64,000 nucleotides of DNA, taken from NCBI GenBank assembly GCA_009781045.1, contig WQYW01000004.1:49-64048 (forward strand), read 5' to 3'. Within the stretch, counting starts at the first letter, position 1. Every line of letters starts with the position of its first letter. Position numbers and translations under genes: made by a program. Positions 1 through 9,664 of the stretch are shown here, one piece after another. Origin of the DNA: Alphaproteobacteria bacterium. Lineage in GTDB: Bacteria; Pseudomonadota; Alphaproteobacteria; Rhizobiales; Xanthobacteraceae. Below the pieces are notes generated by a model. That model was not told where the DNA came from. It was given only the letters and a program-made list of their open reading frames with translations, and searched no databases.

Positions 1-332
1 GTCTGGCCGCCCTCCCTGAAAAAACGCAGACTGGGGGATCGGCACCCGATGGAAGGGCCATTTGGAATCGCTGGTTGAGAAAGCCCCCTCTTGGGTTTCT
101 CGCTCGTTCATGTTAATTCAGGAAAATCATGGACTTCCGGAAAATTTTCGAACACTAGGGAATGCAGTGTGAACCGGCTTGCCGAATATTCGCTTGCGTC
201 CTGCAATGCTGTTGCCACCCCCTTTGGACAACCTTATCTGAGGGGGTGGTTTGCAGCGCAAAGACTCTGTTGCGACGCGACGGAAGGTTGCAACCGGCAC
301 AATAAAAAGAAACTGAAAGTGAGCTGATGACA

Positions 333-581
333 ATGGTGGCCGACCGCATTCAAAACCTCCAGGACACGTTCCTGAACCATGTTCGCAAAACCAAGACGCC
401 TCTGACGATCTTTCTGGTCAATGGCGTCAAACTGCAGGGGATTGTGACCTGGTTTGACAATTTCTGTCTTCTGCTGCGGCGGGATGGTCATTCGCAGCTG
501 GTCTACAAGCACGCGATCTCGACCATCATGCCGGGAGCCCCGATCCAGCTGTTCGAAGGCGGGGAGGATCAACCGGGCTGA
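333..581 (+). CDS. hfq: RNA chaperone Hfq
   Basis: [13 protein letters not shown]...[10 protein letters not shown]...FDNF...[13 protein letters not shown] is the Sm-fold Hfq signature; start placed at ATG 333 (alternative ATG 327). Confidence 0.98.
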   Translation: MVADRIQNLQDTFLNHVRKTKTPLTIFLVNGVKLQGIVTWFDNFCLLLRRDGHSQLVYKHAISTIMPGAPIQLFEGGEDQPG

Positions 582-934
582 ACCAGGCCTGATCCCGATC
601 CGACAACGCTTCCAGCCATCAGGGGCCGAGTGGACGAGTGAATCGTCCCTGGGTCCCTATTTGTGCAGTCTGCACCATCGCAGCGCGGTTTGCGGGTCAC
701 TGGCGAGGAGGCCTCAGTGCCCGTGCCCGTGGGCTCAGAACCTTTCCTGCGCCTGAACCAGGTCCCGAGTATCGCAAACTCAGTGCCGGAAGTCCGGAAG
801 TCTGAGTGAAATCGGGGCAGGCCAGTCAGCCCCGGAAGACCTGCAACCACCACTGGCCGCGAAATTGACGCCATGGATCTGTGCCGACAAAGGCGGCCGG
901 CCTGGGCTTCCTGCACAGACTCACGCAGGACGGT

Positions 935-1198
935 TCAACTCGATGCGGTTTTCCAGCGTTCCAGGCGCTTCATGCCGCGGGTAAACAGCCAGGCCGAAAA
1001 CCGGTTATGGCCGGCTTCGATCATTTTCTTCCGGCAGGCTTCCTGGAATTCCCCGACCAACATGTCACCGCTGACAAAGGCTCCGTTCTCATAGCAATAG
1101 CTGCAATATTTCCGGCTCCTGGAACCGTCGGTCTCGGTCCCTCCGCCCTCGGGGTCCCTGTCCAACGGCATGCCGCAACTTTGACAGGATGTGCTCAT
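935..1198 (-). CDS. Zinc-ribbon domain protein (Zn_ribbon_2-like, 87 aa)
   Basis: 3' part of ORF 935..1780: MSTSCQSCGMPL...RSRKYCSYCYENGAF, with two CxxC pairs; purine-rich RBS (GAGGGGGAGGG) just upstream of ATG 1198. Confidence 0.85.
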   Translation of the reverse strand: MSTSCQSCGMPLDRDPEGGGTETDGSRSRKYCSYCYENGAFVSGDMLVGEFQEACRKKMIEAGHNRFSAWLFTRGMKRLERWKTASS

Positions 1199-1928
1199 GA
1201 AGCCCTCCCCCTCGTGAAACATTGGATGACAGAGCCATCTATTCCACGAATCGCAGAACAGGTCGCGTTCAAATTCACAGCGCAACTCAACGCGCATCCA
1301 GGCTGTTCCTGCTGCCCTGGTTCCTCTCTCCGCAACTGCAATATGCTGCTTTCCCGATCGCCGCCGCATCTCTGCAACGCCATGGCGCGTCATTTTTTTT
1401 GCGACCTGGCGCCGTTCTGTTCCAAGGGTGGCGTCACCCTGAGGCGGCCGGGTCGCCAGGTTGACACGGAACCGCAAAAAATACGCGTGGCCGTGGCAAT
1501 CGGTGACGACAGCCAGCCAGATCCTGCGCAGAAGGATGGCCAGCCCCGGGACCTGAATTCGACCGCCTTGAGCCTGCCCCGGGATCTTCTCTTCCCTGGG
1601 ATCTTCTCTTGGCCCCGTCAGACTCACGCTGGGCTCGAGGTGCGGGTCTGGATCTGTGGACTGGAGTTCGTCCCATTTGACGCCAGCGCCACAGGGGAGC
1701 CTCCAACTTCTGGCTGAGCCGCTGGCGACATCCTGAACTGTGTTCGAGAAAGTCTGGAATTTGTGAAGATTTTCGGTCAAACCGCAAGGAATCGTGACCG
1801 GAATCGGCTATTTCCGACTTCTGCTGTCCATCGCTGCTGGTTTAAAAGCACAGGTCTCAAGCATCATGTCCGGAGTTCCAATCCCGTTTTTGAGATCGGG
1901 GGAGCATCAACCGACCGAAGAGGATCGA

Positions 1929-3314
1929 TTGCAGTCGCAGAATCCCGATATTGGTCTTCCGTCAAAGGAGGGAGCGCAGGCCCGGGTGATCGTCGTCGGT
2001 CCCTATCTGCGTTCGGAAACCGCTAACATGCTGTCAGATGGCCATGTCCAGCGCCATTTTGACGCACGTCTGGACGAGGCCACAGGCCTGGCACGCGCCA
2101 TTGATCTCGACGTCGCCGCCTCGGTGATTGCGCAAGTGAGCCAGATCCGTCCTGCGACCTGGCTTGGCAAGGGCAAGGTTGAGGAACTGGGTGAGCTGAT
2201 CCTGGACCAGCGGGCCGAACTCGTGGTGATGGATTGTGCGCTGTCGCCAATCCAGCAGCGCAATCTCGAGAAAGCCTGGAACGTCAAGGTGGTCGACCGC
2301 ACCGGGCTGATCCTCGAAATCTTCGGCCGTCGCGCCAAGACCCGGGAAGGCACGCTCCAGGTTGAACTGGCCCATCTCAATTATCAGCGCAGCCGCCTGG
2401 TGCGTTCCTGGACCCATCTTGAGCGCCAGCGCGGCGGCTTCGGTTTCATGGGCGGCCCCGGCGAGACCCAGATCGAAGCCGACCGTCGCCTGATCAGCGA
2501 ACGAATCGCCAAGCTCGAAAACGAGCTGGAGAAAGTCCAGGCGACACGGCGGCTGCATCGTGCCGGCCGCCAGCGCGTGCCCTACCGCGTCATCGCGCTG
2601 GTCGGCTACACCAACGCCGGCAAATCGACCCTGTTCAACCGCCTGACCCGCGCCGATGTGCAGGCTGCCGACATGCTGTTTGCCACCCTCGATCCGACGC
2701 TGCGCGCCATCCAGCTGCCGCATGGCGGCAAGGTCATGCTCTCCGACACCGTGGGCTTCATCTCCAGCCTGCCGACCCAGCTGGTCGCGGCCTTCCGCGC
2801 TACACTGGAGGAGGTGCTGGAAGCCGATATCATTCTCCATGTGCGCGACATTGCCCATGAGGATGCCGAAGCCCAGCTCAGTGATGTCGGTGCCGTCCTT
2901 CGCCAGCTCGGCATTGATCCGGACGACGGCGCACGGATCATTGAGGTCTGGAACAAGATCGACCGCTTCGGCCCGGAAAAGCTTGAGGAATTGTCCAATA
3001 TTGCGGCCCGGCGTCCGCTTGACCACCCAGCGCTGATGGTGTCTGCAGTGACCGGGGAGGGCGTCGAGAGTTTACGCGTCACAATCGAGAACCGCCTCGC
3101 CGCGCGTCGCACCACGCTCAGTTTGACAATCGACGCCGCCGACGGTGCCGGGATCAGCTGGCTGCACCGCAATTGCGAGGTGCTGGCCAAGGAGCTGCAG
3201 GACGATCGTTTCGACATGACGGTGCGGGTCGACGAAACCAGGCGCGACATCGTCATCGCCCGCTTCCATGCCGAACCCGACTCCGGCTCCGATGCTGATT
3301 TTGAGCCCGCGTGA
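1929..3314 (+). CDS. hflX: Ribosome-splitting GTPase HflX
   Basis: GGPGETQIEADRR, G1 VGYTNAGKSTLFN, DxxG (SDTVGF), NKID; likely TTG start at 1929 after GAAGAGG (ORF track starts at 1794). Confidence 0.97.
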   Translation: MQSQNPDIGLPSKEGAQARVIVVGPYLRSETANMLSDGHVQRHFDARLDEATGLARAIDLDVAASVIAQVSQIRPATWLGKGKVEELGELILDQRAELVVMDCALSPIQQRNLEKAWNVKVVDRTGLILEIFGRRAKTREGTLQVELAHLNYQRSRLVRSWTHLERQRGGFGFMGGPGETQIEADRRLISERIAKLENELEKVQATRRLHRAGRQRVPYRVIALVGYTNAGKSTLFNRLTRADVQAADMLFATLDPTLRAIQLPHGGKVMLSDTVGFISSLPTQLVAAFRATLEEVLEADIILHVRDIAHEDAEAQLSDVGAVLRQLGIDPDDGARIIEVWNKIDRFGPEKLEELSNIAARRPLDHPALMVSAVTGEGVESLRVTIENRLAARRTTLSLTIDAADGAGISWLHRNCEVLAKELQDDRFDMTVRVDETRRDIVIARFHAEPDSGSDADFEPA

Positions 3315-3661
3315 TGATTCTGTGCCGAATCGACGGACTGCGCTTTCCCATGCCGAGCAAATGGCTTCACCCGAAGAACACCGGCTGGACCGACGTCGAT
3401 TACGACTTCGGCCTGCCGCAACCTGACGCCACGGCGCTGGCGCAAGCCCTCAACGCGGCCTGTCACGTTTTCTATTATCATGGCGGGGGCGGAATCTGGC
3501 AGAACCATCTGCATGGAAAGCAGCACTACGCCTCCCTGATCGCGGCGCAGATCAAAGCCCATCCCGGTCTCACGCACAGACTGCTGGCTTCGGGCGATCG
3601 CGTCATCCAGATGCTCACCTATCGCGCCGTCGAAATGCTGGAACACCCGGACGGTCGCTGA
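3311..3661 (+). CDS. Hypothetical protein (116 aa)
   Basis: GTGA overlap with the hflX stop (translational coupling) and high-GC3 codons; no recognisable family. Confidence 0.6.
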   Translation: MMILCRIDGLRFPMPSKWLHPKNTGWTDVDYDFGLPQPDATALAQALNAACHVFYYHGGGGIWQNHLHGKQHYASLIAAQIKAHPGLTHRLLASGDRVIQMLTYRAVEMLEHPDGR

Positions 3662-3939
3662 CCACAACTGACACGGCAACGCCTGTCCGTGTCACAGAAA
3701 TTCACCGCGCTTCACGCTCGCCTGGAAATCCGCAAAACCGTTCGAATGACAGACACAATTGTGCTGAGCCCCGCAACGTGCTACGCGTTCTGCTCTGTGC
3801 CAGACGTTGCCAGGTCGTCCGGCTAGCATGGCGGACAGGTTTGATGCCTGGAGCGCATGGCGCAAGCGTGGCGCGCGAGCGAACGGAACCACTGTGATGC
3901 GCGATACAGGATACAGAGTACAGGTTCCCGGGAGGCGTC

Positions 3940-4533
3940 ATGAGACCTGACCAGATTACCAGGTGGTTGATCATCCTGCTGGTGCTTTTCGTCACACCGC
4001 TGGTCCGGGCTGAGGACAAAATCACGACCCTGCAGGTCGCGGCTGATGGCTTCCCTGCGGGCCATGAAACGCCGGAGGGAGCTGCCGCCGACCTGGCCCG
4101 GGCGTTCATTCGGCACGATGTCCAGTTGTTCAACGCCACCTGCATCAAGCCATTCGCGGGCGGTGTATCGCGCCGGGAATATTCCGCCTTTCTCAAAGCG
4201 ACCGGTGACAGCATCCGGGAAGCGGCGCAACGCCAGGACGCGGTGGGACCAAAGGAACTCGTCAAGCTGTTCGCTGCCCGAAGCCTCAGCCAGAGCGGCC
4301 CGGCCTCGTACGGCTATGCCGTGTTCGGATTCCGGGATGTAAAATTCGTCGACGTCCTGGTCCTGCTGAAGAACGGCAGCAAATACAGAAATCGGACACT
4401 TGTTCTCAGGGACAAGACCGGCAAGTGGTATGCGCACCCGCTACCAGGATCGAGCCCGTTGTTGAGCGCCGGACTGAACGAAGAGTCCGAATCCACAACC
4501 GATTTCGGCAAAGTCTATAGGGTTCAGAAATAG
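3940..4533 (+). CDS. Exported hypothetical protein (197 aa)
   Basis: GGAGG RBS; N-terminal signal peptide ending LVRA; coherent globular composition. Confidence 0.75.
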   Translation: MRPDQITRWLIILLVLFVTPLVRAEDKITTLQVAADGFPAGHETPEGAAADLARAFIRHDVQLFNATCIKPFAGGVSRREYSAFLKATGDSIREAAQRQDAVGPKELVKLFAARSLSQSGPASYGYAVFGFRDVKFVDVLVLLKNGSKYRNRTLVLRDKTGKWYAHPLPGSSPLLSAGLNEESESTTDFGKVYRVQK

Positions 4534-4590
4534 GCGGCGTGCGGGTTTGCCGGATGGAGCGAAGCGCGAAACAATCGGAGAAGCCACTGA

Positions 4591-4854
4591 GGAGCGGCGG
4601 CGGTATTCAAACTCGTCGCGAGCTGTTATCCAGCTCGCGTTGGCACCGCCGCTGGACTGGTTGGTATGATGGGCGGGTTTGGTGCAGCGCTGTTGCCCTG
4701 GGCCTTCGGCTGGCTCTTTGTTGAGACCGGATTTTGGGCAAGTTGTTTCATGTTGCTGTGTGCCATGGCAGTTCTCTGTCTGCTCGTGCTGTTCGTCTCT
4801 CCCGGAGATGAGGACCGCACAAGAGCTGCGGCCGACGCTGTCTCCGTCAACTGA
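4591..4854 (+). pseudogene. C-terminal remnant of a NarK/NasA-type nitrate/nitrite MFS transporter
   Basis: In frame with ORF 4666: GAAAVFKLVASCYPARVGTAAGLVGMMGGFGAALLPWAFGWLFVETGFWASCFMLL resembles the last helices of NarK-family porters; in-frame TGA at 4588-4590 and no N-terminus. Confidence 0.65.
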
Positions 4855-4897
4855 ACCACGGGTGCAGCGCGGAAGTCGCGAAAATCAACTCGCGCAG

Positions 4898-5285
4898 TCA
4901 ATCCCAATCGACGGCTTTCAGGAGTTCCTCCGCCTTTCAGCTCCGCAGCCGTCAGGTCTTCTTCGGTCCAGATGGGCAGCCTGCGAAACGCCACCTTGGA
5001 CACCGTCTGCTTCGTGCCATCCGGAGCGCGCCGACAAGCGATTACCCAGCGAAAGACCGTGCCTTCCTTGACAAGGGGACGATCGTCGTCCTGGAGATCC
5101 GTGATACGAAAATCCGCCTCCTCGCCCTCAACCGTATCTCCTGTGGTGATGTCGAGCAGGCGCGCGGTGAACGTTTCAGCATGGATATCGGTGACATAGC
5201 CCTCCCACTCCTGCAACACCACCAAATCCGTCACCTCAGCTGGGTCTCGTTGATCACAGATCGGTCCTTTGCAACTTTCCTCCAT
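4898..5285 (-). pseudogene. Hypothetical protein with a +1 frameshift near its 3' end
   Basis: LQEWEGYV...FTARLLD...GTVFRWVI...VAFRRLPIW conserved-hypothetical-like pattern; RBS GAGGTGG right after the mazG stop. Removing one G near 4935 gives the compact end AELKAEELLKAVDWD* (TGA at 4898-4900). Confidence 0.6.
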
Positions 5286-5291
5286 ACCACC

Positions 5292-6116
5292 TCACTGCGG
5301 GGCACGCTTCTCGCTCTTGGCCTCGTTCCATAATGCATCCATTTCCGCCAATGTGGCCTCCGTCAGTACACGTCCCTGGGCCTCCAGCGCACGTTCGATA
5401 TAGGCAAAGCGCCGCTCGAACTTGGCATTGGTCAATCGCAGCGCGGTTTCCGGGTCGGCGCCGACGTGACGGGCGAGGTTGACGAGCGCGAACAGAATAT
5501 CACCGGTTTCTGCCGCCAGTTCGGCTGCGTCATTGCGATCAAGGGCAGCCTCGACCTCGTCGGTCTCTTCCCGGATCTTCTGCAGCACTGCACGCGGATC
5601 ATTCCAGTCGAAGCCGACGGTGGATGCCTTGCGCTGGAGTTCCATGGCCCGGGTCAAGGCCGGCTGCCCCGGCTTGATGCCGGCGAGAATTGAGCTGTCG
5701 GTGTCTGGTCCGGCAGGTCCGCGCGCCGTGCGCTCCGCCTTCTCCTCCGCCTTGATGCGCTCCCAGGCTTCCCGGACATCCTCCGCTTTGACCTTGCCGT
5801 CGCGGGCGAAGACATGGGGATGGCGGCGGATCATTTTCGTGGTGATCTTTTCCACGACATCGCCAAAGCTGAAGGCTCCCTGTTCCTCCGCCATGCGGGC
5901 ATGGAACACCACCTGCAACAGCAGGTCGCCAAGCTCCTCGCAGAGATCGACGAGATCGCCACGGCTGATGGCCTCGGCCACCTCATAGGCCTCCTCGATC
6001 GTATAGGGCGCGATGGTGGCAAAATTCTGCCGGAGATCCCAGGAGCAGCCGGTTTCGGGGGTGCGTAATGCCGCCATGATCTCAATCAATCGGGTGATGT
6101 CACGGGAGGGGGTCAT
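5292..6116 (-). CDS. mazG: Nucleoside triphosphate pyrophosphohydrolase MazG
   Basis: IMAALRTPETGCSWD, EEAYEV, EELGDLLLQVVFH, RRHPHVF and a second domain with ETGDILF: two-domain MazG. Confidence 0.97.
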   Translation of the reverse strand: MTPSRDITRLIEIMAALRTPETGCSWDLRQNFATIAPYTIEEAYEVAEAISRGDLVDLCEELGDLLLQVVFHARMAEEQGAFSFGDVVEKITTKMIRRHPHVFARDGKVKAEDVREAWERIKAEEKAERTARGPAGPDTDSSILAGIKPGQPALTRAMELQRKASTVGFDWNDPRAVLQKIREETDEVEAALDRNDAAELAAETGDILFALVNLARHVGADPETALRLTNAKFERRFAYIERALEAQGRVLTEATLAEMDALWNEAKSEKRAPQ

Positions 6117-6271
6117 GGAAAGTCACTCTGGCGGTTTTGAGGATAAAGGATCGGGCAGGGGTCAGGAATCAGGCCGTGCGGAACCCTGAGCCAGTCTGAG
6201 CCAACCCTCATATCCGGTTTGTTTTGTGGTGGCGATTGGCGGCCCCCGGCAACAGTGATAAAGCCGGGGGC

Positions 6272-7021
6272 ATGGACGAGAGATTTTCCCGGAAAGGCGC
6301 CCTGGTGCTGTTCTCGGGCGGCCAGGACTCTGCGACCTGTCTTGCCTGGGCACTGGAGCGCTTTGAACACGTCGAAACCCTGGGCTTCGACTATGGCCAG
6401 CGCCATGGCATCGAACTGGCGTGCCGGACCCGGCTCCTTGAGGGGTTCAAGGCCCTGCGCCCGGAATGGGCCTCACGGCTCGGTGACAGCCACACGCTCT
6501 CCGTGCCGACGCTGGCGGCAATCTCCGATACCGCGCTGACGCGCGAGGTCGCAATTGAGATGGGGGCCGACGGCCTGCCGACCAGCTTTGTCCCTGGACG
6601 CAATCTGGTGTTTCTGGTCTTCGCCGCGGCGCTGGCCTACCGGCGCGGCATTGGCCATATCGTCGGCGGCATGAGCGAAACCGACTATTCCGGCTATCCC
6701 GATTGTCGCGCCCACACCATTGAGGCCATGCAGGCCGCGCTGTCGCTCGGTATGGCACGCGAATTTCAACTCCATACCCCCCTGATGCGGATCGACAAAT
6801 CCGCAACCTGGCGGCTTGCCCAGGACATTGGCGGGCCCGCACTGGTTGAACTCATCCGCGAGGAATCCCACAGCTGTTATGTGGGAGACCGCGGCTCCAG
6901 GCATGATTGGGGCTATGGCTGTGGTGTCTGTCCGGCCTGCATCCTGCGCGCCAAAGGCTGGAGTGCCTATGCGACAGCGAGGGGCGCGCGCGGGGGGGGG
7001 AGGGCGCCTGACATCCGGTGA
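6272..7021 (+). CDS. queC: 7-cyano-7-deazaguanine synthase
   Basis: [10 protein letters not shown]-loop, FDYGQRH, FVPGRN, YPDCR, TPLM, and C-terminal Zn ligands SCY...CGVCPAC. Confidence 0.97.
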   Translation: MDERFSRKGALVLFSGGQDSATCLAWALERFEHVETLGFDYGQRHGIELACRTRLLEGFKALRPEWASRLGDSHTLSVPTLAAISDTALTREVAIEMGADGLPTSFVPGRNLVFLVFAAALAYRRGIGHIVGGMSETDYSGYPDCRAHTIEAMQAALSLGMAREFQLHTPLMRIDKSATWRLAQDIGGPALVELIREESHSCYVGDRGSRHDWGYGCGVCPACILRAKGWSAYATARGARGGGRAPDIR

Positions 7022-7652
7022 ACAGCTTTTTGAAAGACAGCCAGGGCCGGAACGACATCGGCTCCGAATCGGGATTGAACGCCAGGCGGAGGGCATAGGT
7101 CACATAGGCCGGAACCTCGCGTAAGGATGAATAGACATCAATCATACGGAAGACGGGCGGAAAGAGCCCGGAAGTCTGCGACACCCCGACCGCCTCGAAG
7201 GCAAGCTGCGCCCGCGGCAGATGGTAATACTGGGTCACCAGCATCACCCGCGACAGTCCGTGCTCTTTCATGTAACGCGCCGCATTGCGCGCGGTCGCAA
7301 GCGTGTTGTCCCCCTGGTTGTCGAGAATGAGGGCACCGGCTGGAACCCCACGGGCCAGGAGATAATCCTGCATTGCGTTGGTTTCATCGAGCCCCGGGCC
7401 ATCAATGCCGCCGCTGAGAAACAGGATCGGGCAGTTGCCGGCCTGAAAGCAGCGGAGCGCGACATCAAGACGCCCCGCCAGGGTTGCTTTCGGGGTGCCG
7501 TCGCTCTTGAGGCCGTTGCCGAAAACCACGGCAAAATCGCTCCTGTCATCGCCGACCCGCAACCCCTGGATGCTGATATAGACCGCCGCACAGACCCAGA
7601 GCACAGCCAGCACAAGGGCGGTTTTGAACAGTCTCGACAGAAAGCGGCGCAT
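6852..7652 (-). CDS. YdcF/ElyC/SanA (DUF218) family membrane-anchored protein
   Basis: N-terminal TM helix; [34 protein letters not shown]. The C-terminus runs into queC and depends on the G9 tract. Confidence 0.9.
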   Translation of the reverse strand: MRRFLSRLFKTALVLAVLWVCAAVYISIQGLRVGDDRSDFAVVFGNGLKSDGTPKATLAGRLDVALRCFQAGNCPILFLSGGIDGPGLDETNAMQDYLLARGVPAGALILDNQGDNTLATARNAARYMKEHGLSRVMLVTQYYHLPRAQLAFEAVGVSQTSGLFPPVFRMIDVYSSLREVPAYVTYALRLAFNPDSEPMSFRPWLSFKKLFTGCQAPSPPRARPSLSHRHSSLWRAGCRPDRHHSHSPNHAWSRGLPHNSCGIPRG

Positions 7653-7868
7653 GAAAGGACAAGACCATCAGAAAGGGGCAGGGCGGGAACGATAATCCGT
7701 GAGGGAGCCAAGGGCTGTCGCATGCGCAGACAGTGAAGGGTTCTTCCCGGGGGCCAACGGACAGTGACAGGCAGCGCCTTCAGAAGTGCTCCCAAACCAG
7801 GAGCACCATGTCAAATCACGAAGAAGTCAGGCCCGGAAAGCGGGTCCTTTTCTTATGTTCGTTTTCGC

Positions 7869-8487
7869 TTATTTTTCCGGTTTCTCCAGCCAATAGCGCG
7901 CAAGTTCCTCCACCCCCGGATTTCAAACTCTCCGGATCGAATATCTCCGGATCAAGTAACTCCGCGCCTTCGTCAAACCAGTCGCAGTAGTCCTCCCGAT
8001 CCGGATGGTTCGGATCCCTGAACATCTCAAGGAGATGGTTGAAGCCATAGGCTCCACCTACATCTTCCGGCGGGCACCGCCCCTGCGCTTCAATCAGGCG
8101 GGGATAAAGAACACCCGGTTCGGGAGCAATCACCTTTTCAACCTTGATCCCATGCGTCCAGTTGTCGCCGAAGTCATAGATATATTCCCGCACTTTGATC
8201 TTGAAAGTGTCGAGCACTTCTTTGATCGTTGCGGTTTCGGCATTGATAAGATCACCAGCGACCCAGCCTTCGAGGTAAATGTCACCCCTCACTTTATTGA
8301 AGACATCCCGCCTTTTGTCGCGGCATCGGAACGCGTATAGGTGCGAATTGTCCCATCCAATAGCTCTCTGCAGCACGGGATGGAGCTGGGGAAGCGTGAT
8401 GTCACCGGGAAGCTCAAGGCGCCGGATGACCGGAGGTTCGACATCATGGAGCAGGACCAGAACACGGAGGATGGGCGCAGCACTCAT
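7869..8487 (-). pseudogene. pRiA4b ORF-3 family protein, copy 1, +1 frameshift near the C-terminus
   Basis: RRLELPGDITL..LH..LQ.AIGWDNSHL, YIYDFGDNW, GRCPPEDVGG. Removing one C from the C5 run at 7913-7917 gives LKSGVEELARYWLEKPEK*, which parallels copy 2. Confidence 0.8.
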
Positions 8488-8632
8488 CGTTGACCCTTGC
8501 GGAAAACCAGTTTTGTTGTGCAGCTGGTTCACGCTGCCTGCCACAAAACACACTGCCTGGCCCGATCCTCCGGAGGGCGAACAGTGCGCCTTCGTGGTCT
8601 GGGCGTGCCTTCATCTGAGCGATCAGATGCCG

Positions 8633-9508
8633 TCAGGTCCGGCGTCCTTTCTTTGGCGATGCCTTCTTCTTTGCGACAGGCTTCTTTTTCTTTGCGACGG
8701 GCTTCTTTCCAGCCGGAACCCTCTTCTTTGCCGCCGCTTTCTTTGCCGGCAGTTTCCGTGCTGGTGCCTTCTTCACACCCGCCTTTCTGGTACTGGCCTC
8801 CTTTGCCGGTGCCTTCCGGGCTTTCTTTGCGGCGACAGCTTTGGCTGCACGCGGCTTCTTCGCCAGAGACTTCGTGGCCGCCGTCGGGGCGGCCGAAGCC
8901 TCACTGGCGGCCGGATTCCCGGCCCTGGCTTTCTTTCCAGACCACCTCTGTGCGAGTGCCATGACGTCGAGCTTGAGGAGTTCCGGGTTGAAATTTTCCG
9001 GATCGAAATCCGCGTCGCCATACCACTCGACAAAATCGTCGTGCTGTGCGTGGTTGGGATCCTTGAGACCTTCCCGCAGGTCCGCGAAGCCCCAGGGGCC
9101 ACCGACATCCTCCGGCGGACAGCGCCCCTCGGCTTCAACCAGACGTGGATAAAGCACATCCGGCTCGGGCTCGATCTCCTTTCCAACCGCGATCGTATGT
9201 TCCCAATTGTCTCCGAAATCATAGGTATAGCGCAGCCGCCTGGCGCCGAATTCCTGCAGGACGTCGCCGAGCCTCACCTTGCTGGCATCGCGCAGGGTGT
9301 CAAAGCCGAATTCCGGCTGCGGAATTCCCCAGCCCAGATCGCCGCAGCTGATTTCGAACAGATGGCAGTTGTCCCAGCCGAATGCAGCCTGCAGCGTCAA
9401 GTGCAGCCGTTCGAGCGTGATGTCCGCCGGCACTTCAAGTCGCCGCGTGACCTTGGGCTTGACATCGTCAAGCGTGACTTTGAGACAAAGAATGGATGCA
9501 GCGCTCAT
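8633..9508 (-). CDS. pRiA4b ORF-3 family protein, copy 2, with a Lys/Ala-rich C-terminal tail
   Basis: Same motifs (FGWDNCHL, YTYDFGDNWEH, GRCPPEDVGG) followed by ~100 aa of K/A/P-rich sequence (PAKKAAAKK, KKKPVAKKK). Confidence 0.92.
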   Translation of the reverse strand: MSAASILCLKVTLDDVKPKVTRRLEVPADITLERLHLTLQAAFGWDNCHLFEISCGDLGWGIPQPEFGFDTLRDASKVRLGDVLQEFGARRLRYTYDFGDNWEHTIAVGKEIEPEPDVLYPRLVEAEGRCPPEDVGGPWGFADLREGLKDPNHAQHDDFVEWYGDADFDPENFNPELLKLDVMALAQRWSGKKARAGNPAASEASAAPTAATKSLAKKPRAAKAVAAKKARKAPAKEASTRKAGVKKAPARKLPAKKAAAKKRVPAGKKPVAKKKKPVAKKKASPKKGRRT

Positions 9509-9629
9509 GGGATGACACCTTATCTGGCAGCCACTCTACGTCTGCGCCGCTTTGGCGGTCAACCTCTGCCCGGCGAGAGCGGGGACACAACCGTCTTGAT
9601 GAAGTGGTGATTTTGAAAGTGCTACAGGG

Positions 9630-9664
9630 GACCACCACGGAAGCCGTTGGCGCGGTCTTTTTTT
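9630..9664 (+). terminator. Possible intrinsic terminator
   Basis: Imperfect GC stem (gacc...ccacgg-aag-ccgttgg...ggtc) followed by T7. Confidence 0.35.

Noticed and set aside
1434-1780. IS1-like transposase remnant upstream of hflX (KWDEL...IWLAV)
   Set aside because: Motif spacing is wrong and no inverted repeats were found.
8279-9610. 443-aa plus-strand ORF
   Set aside because: Antisense shadow of the two pRiA4b ORF-3 genes.
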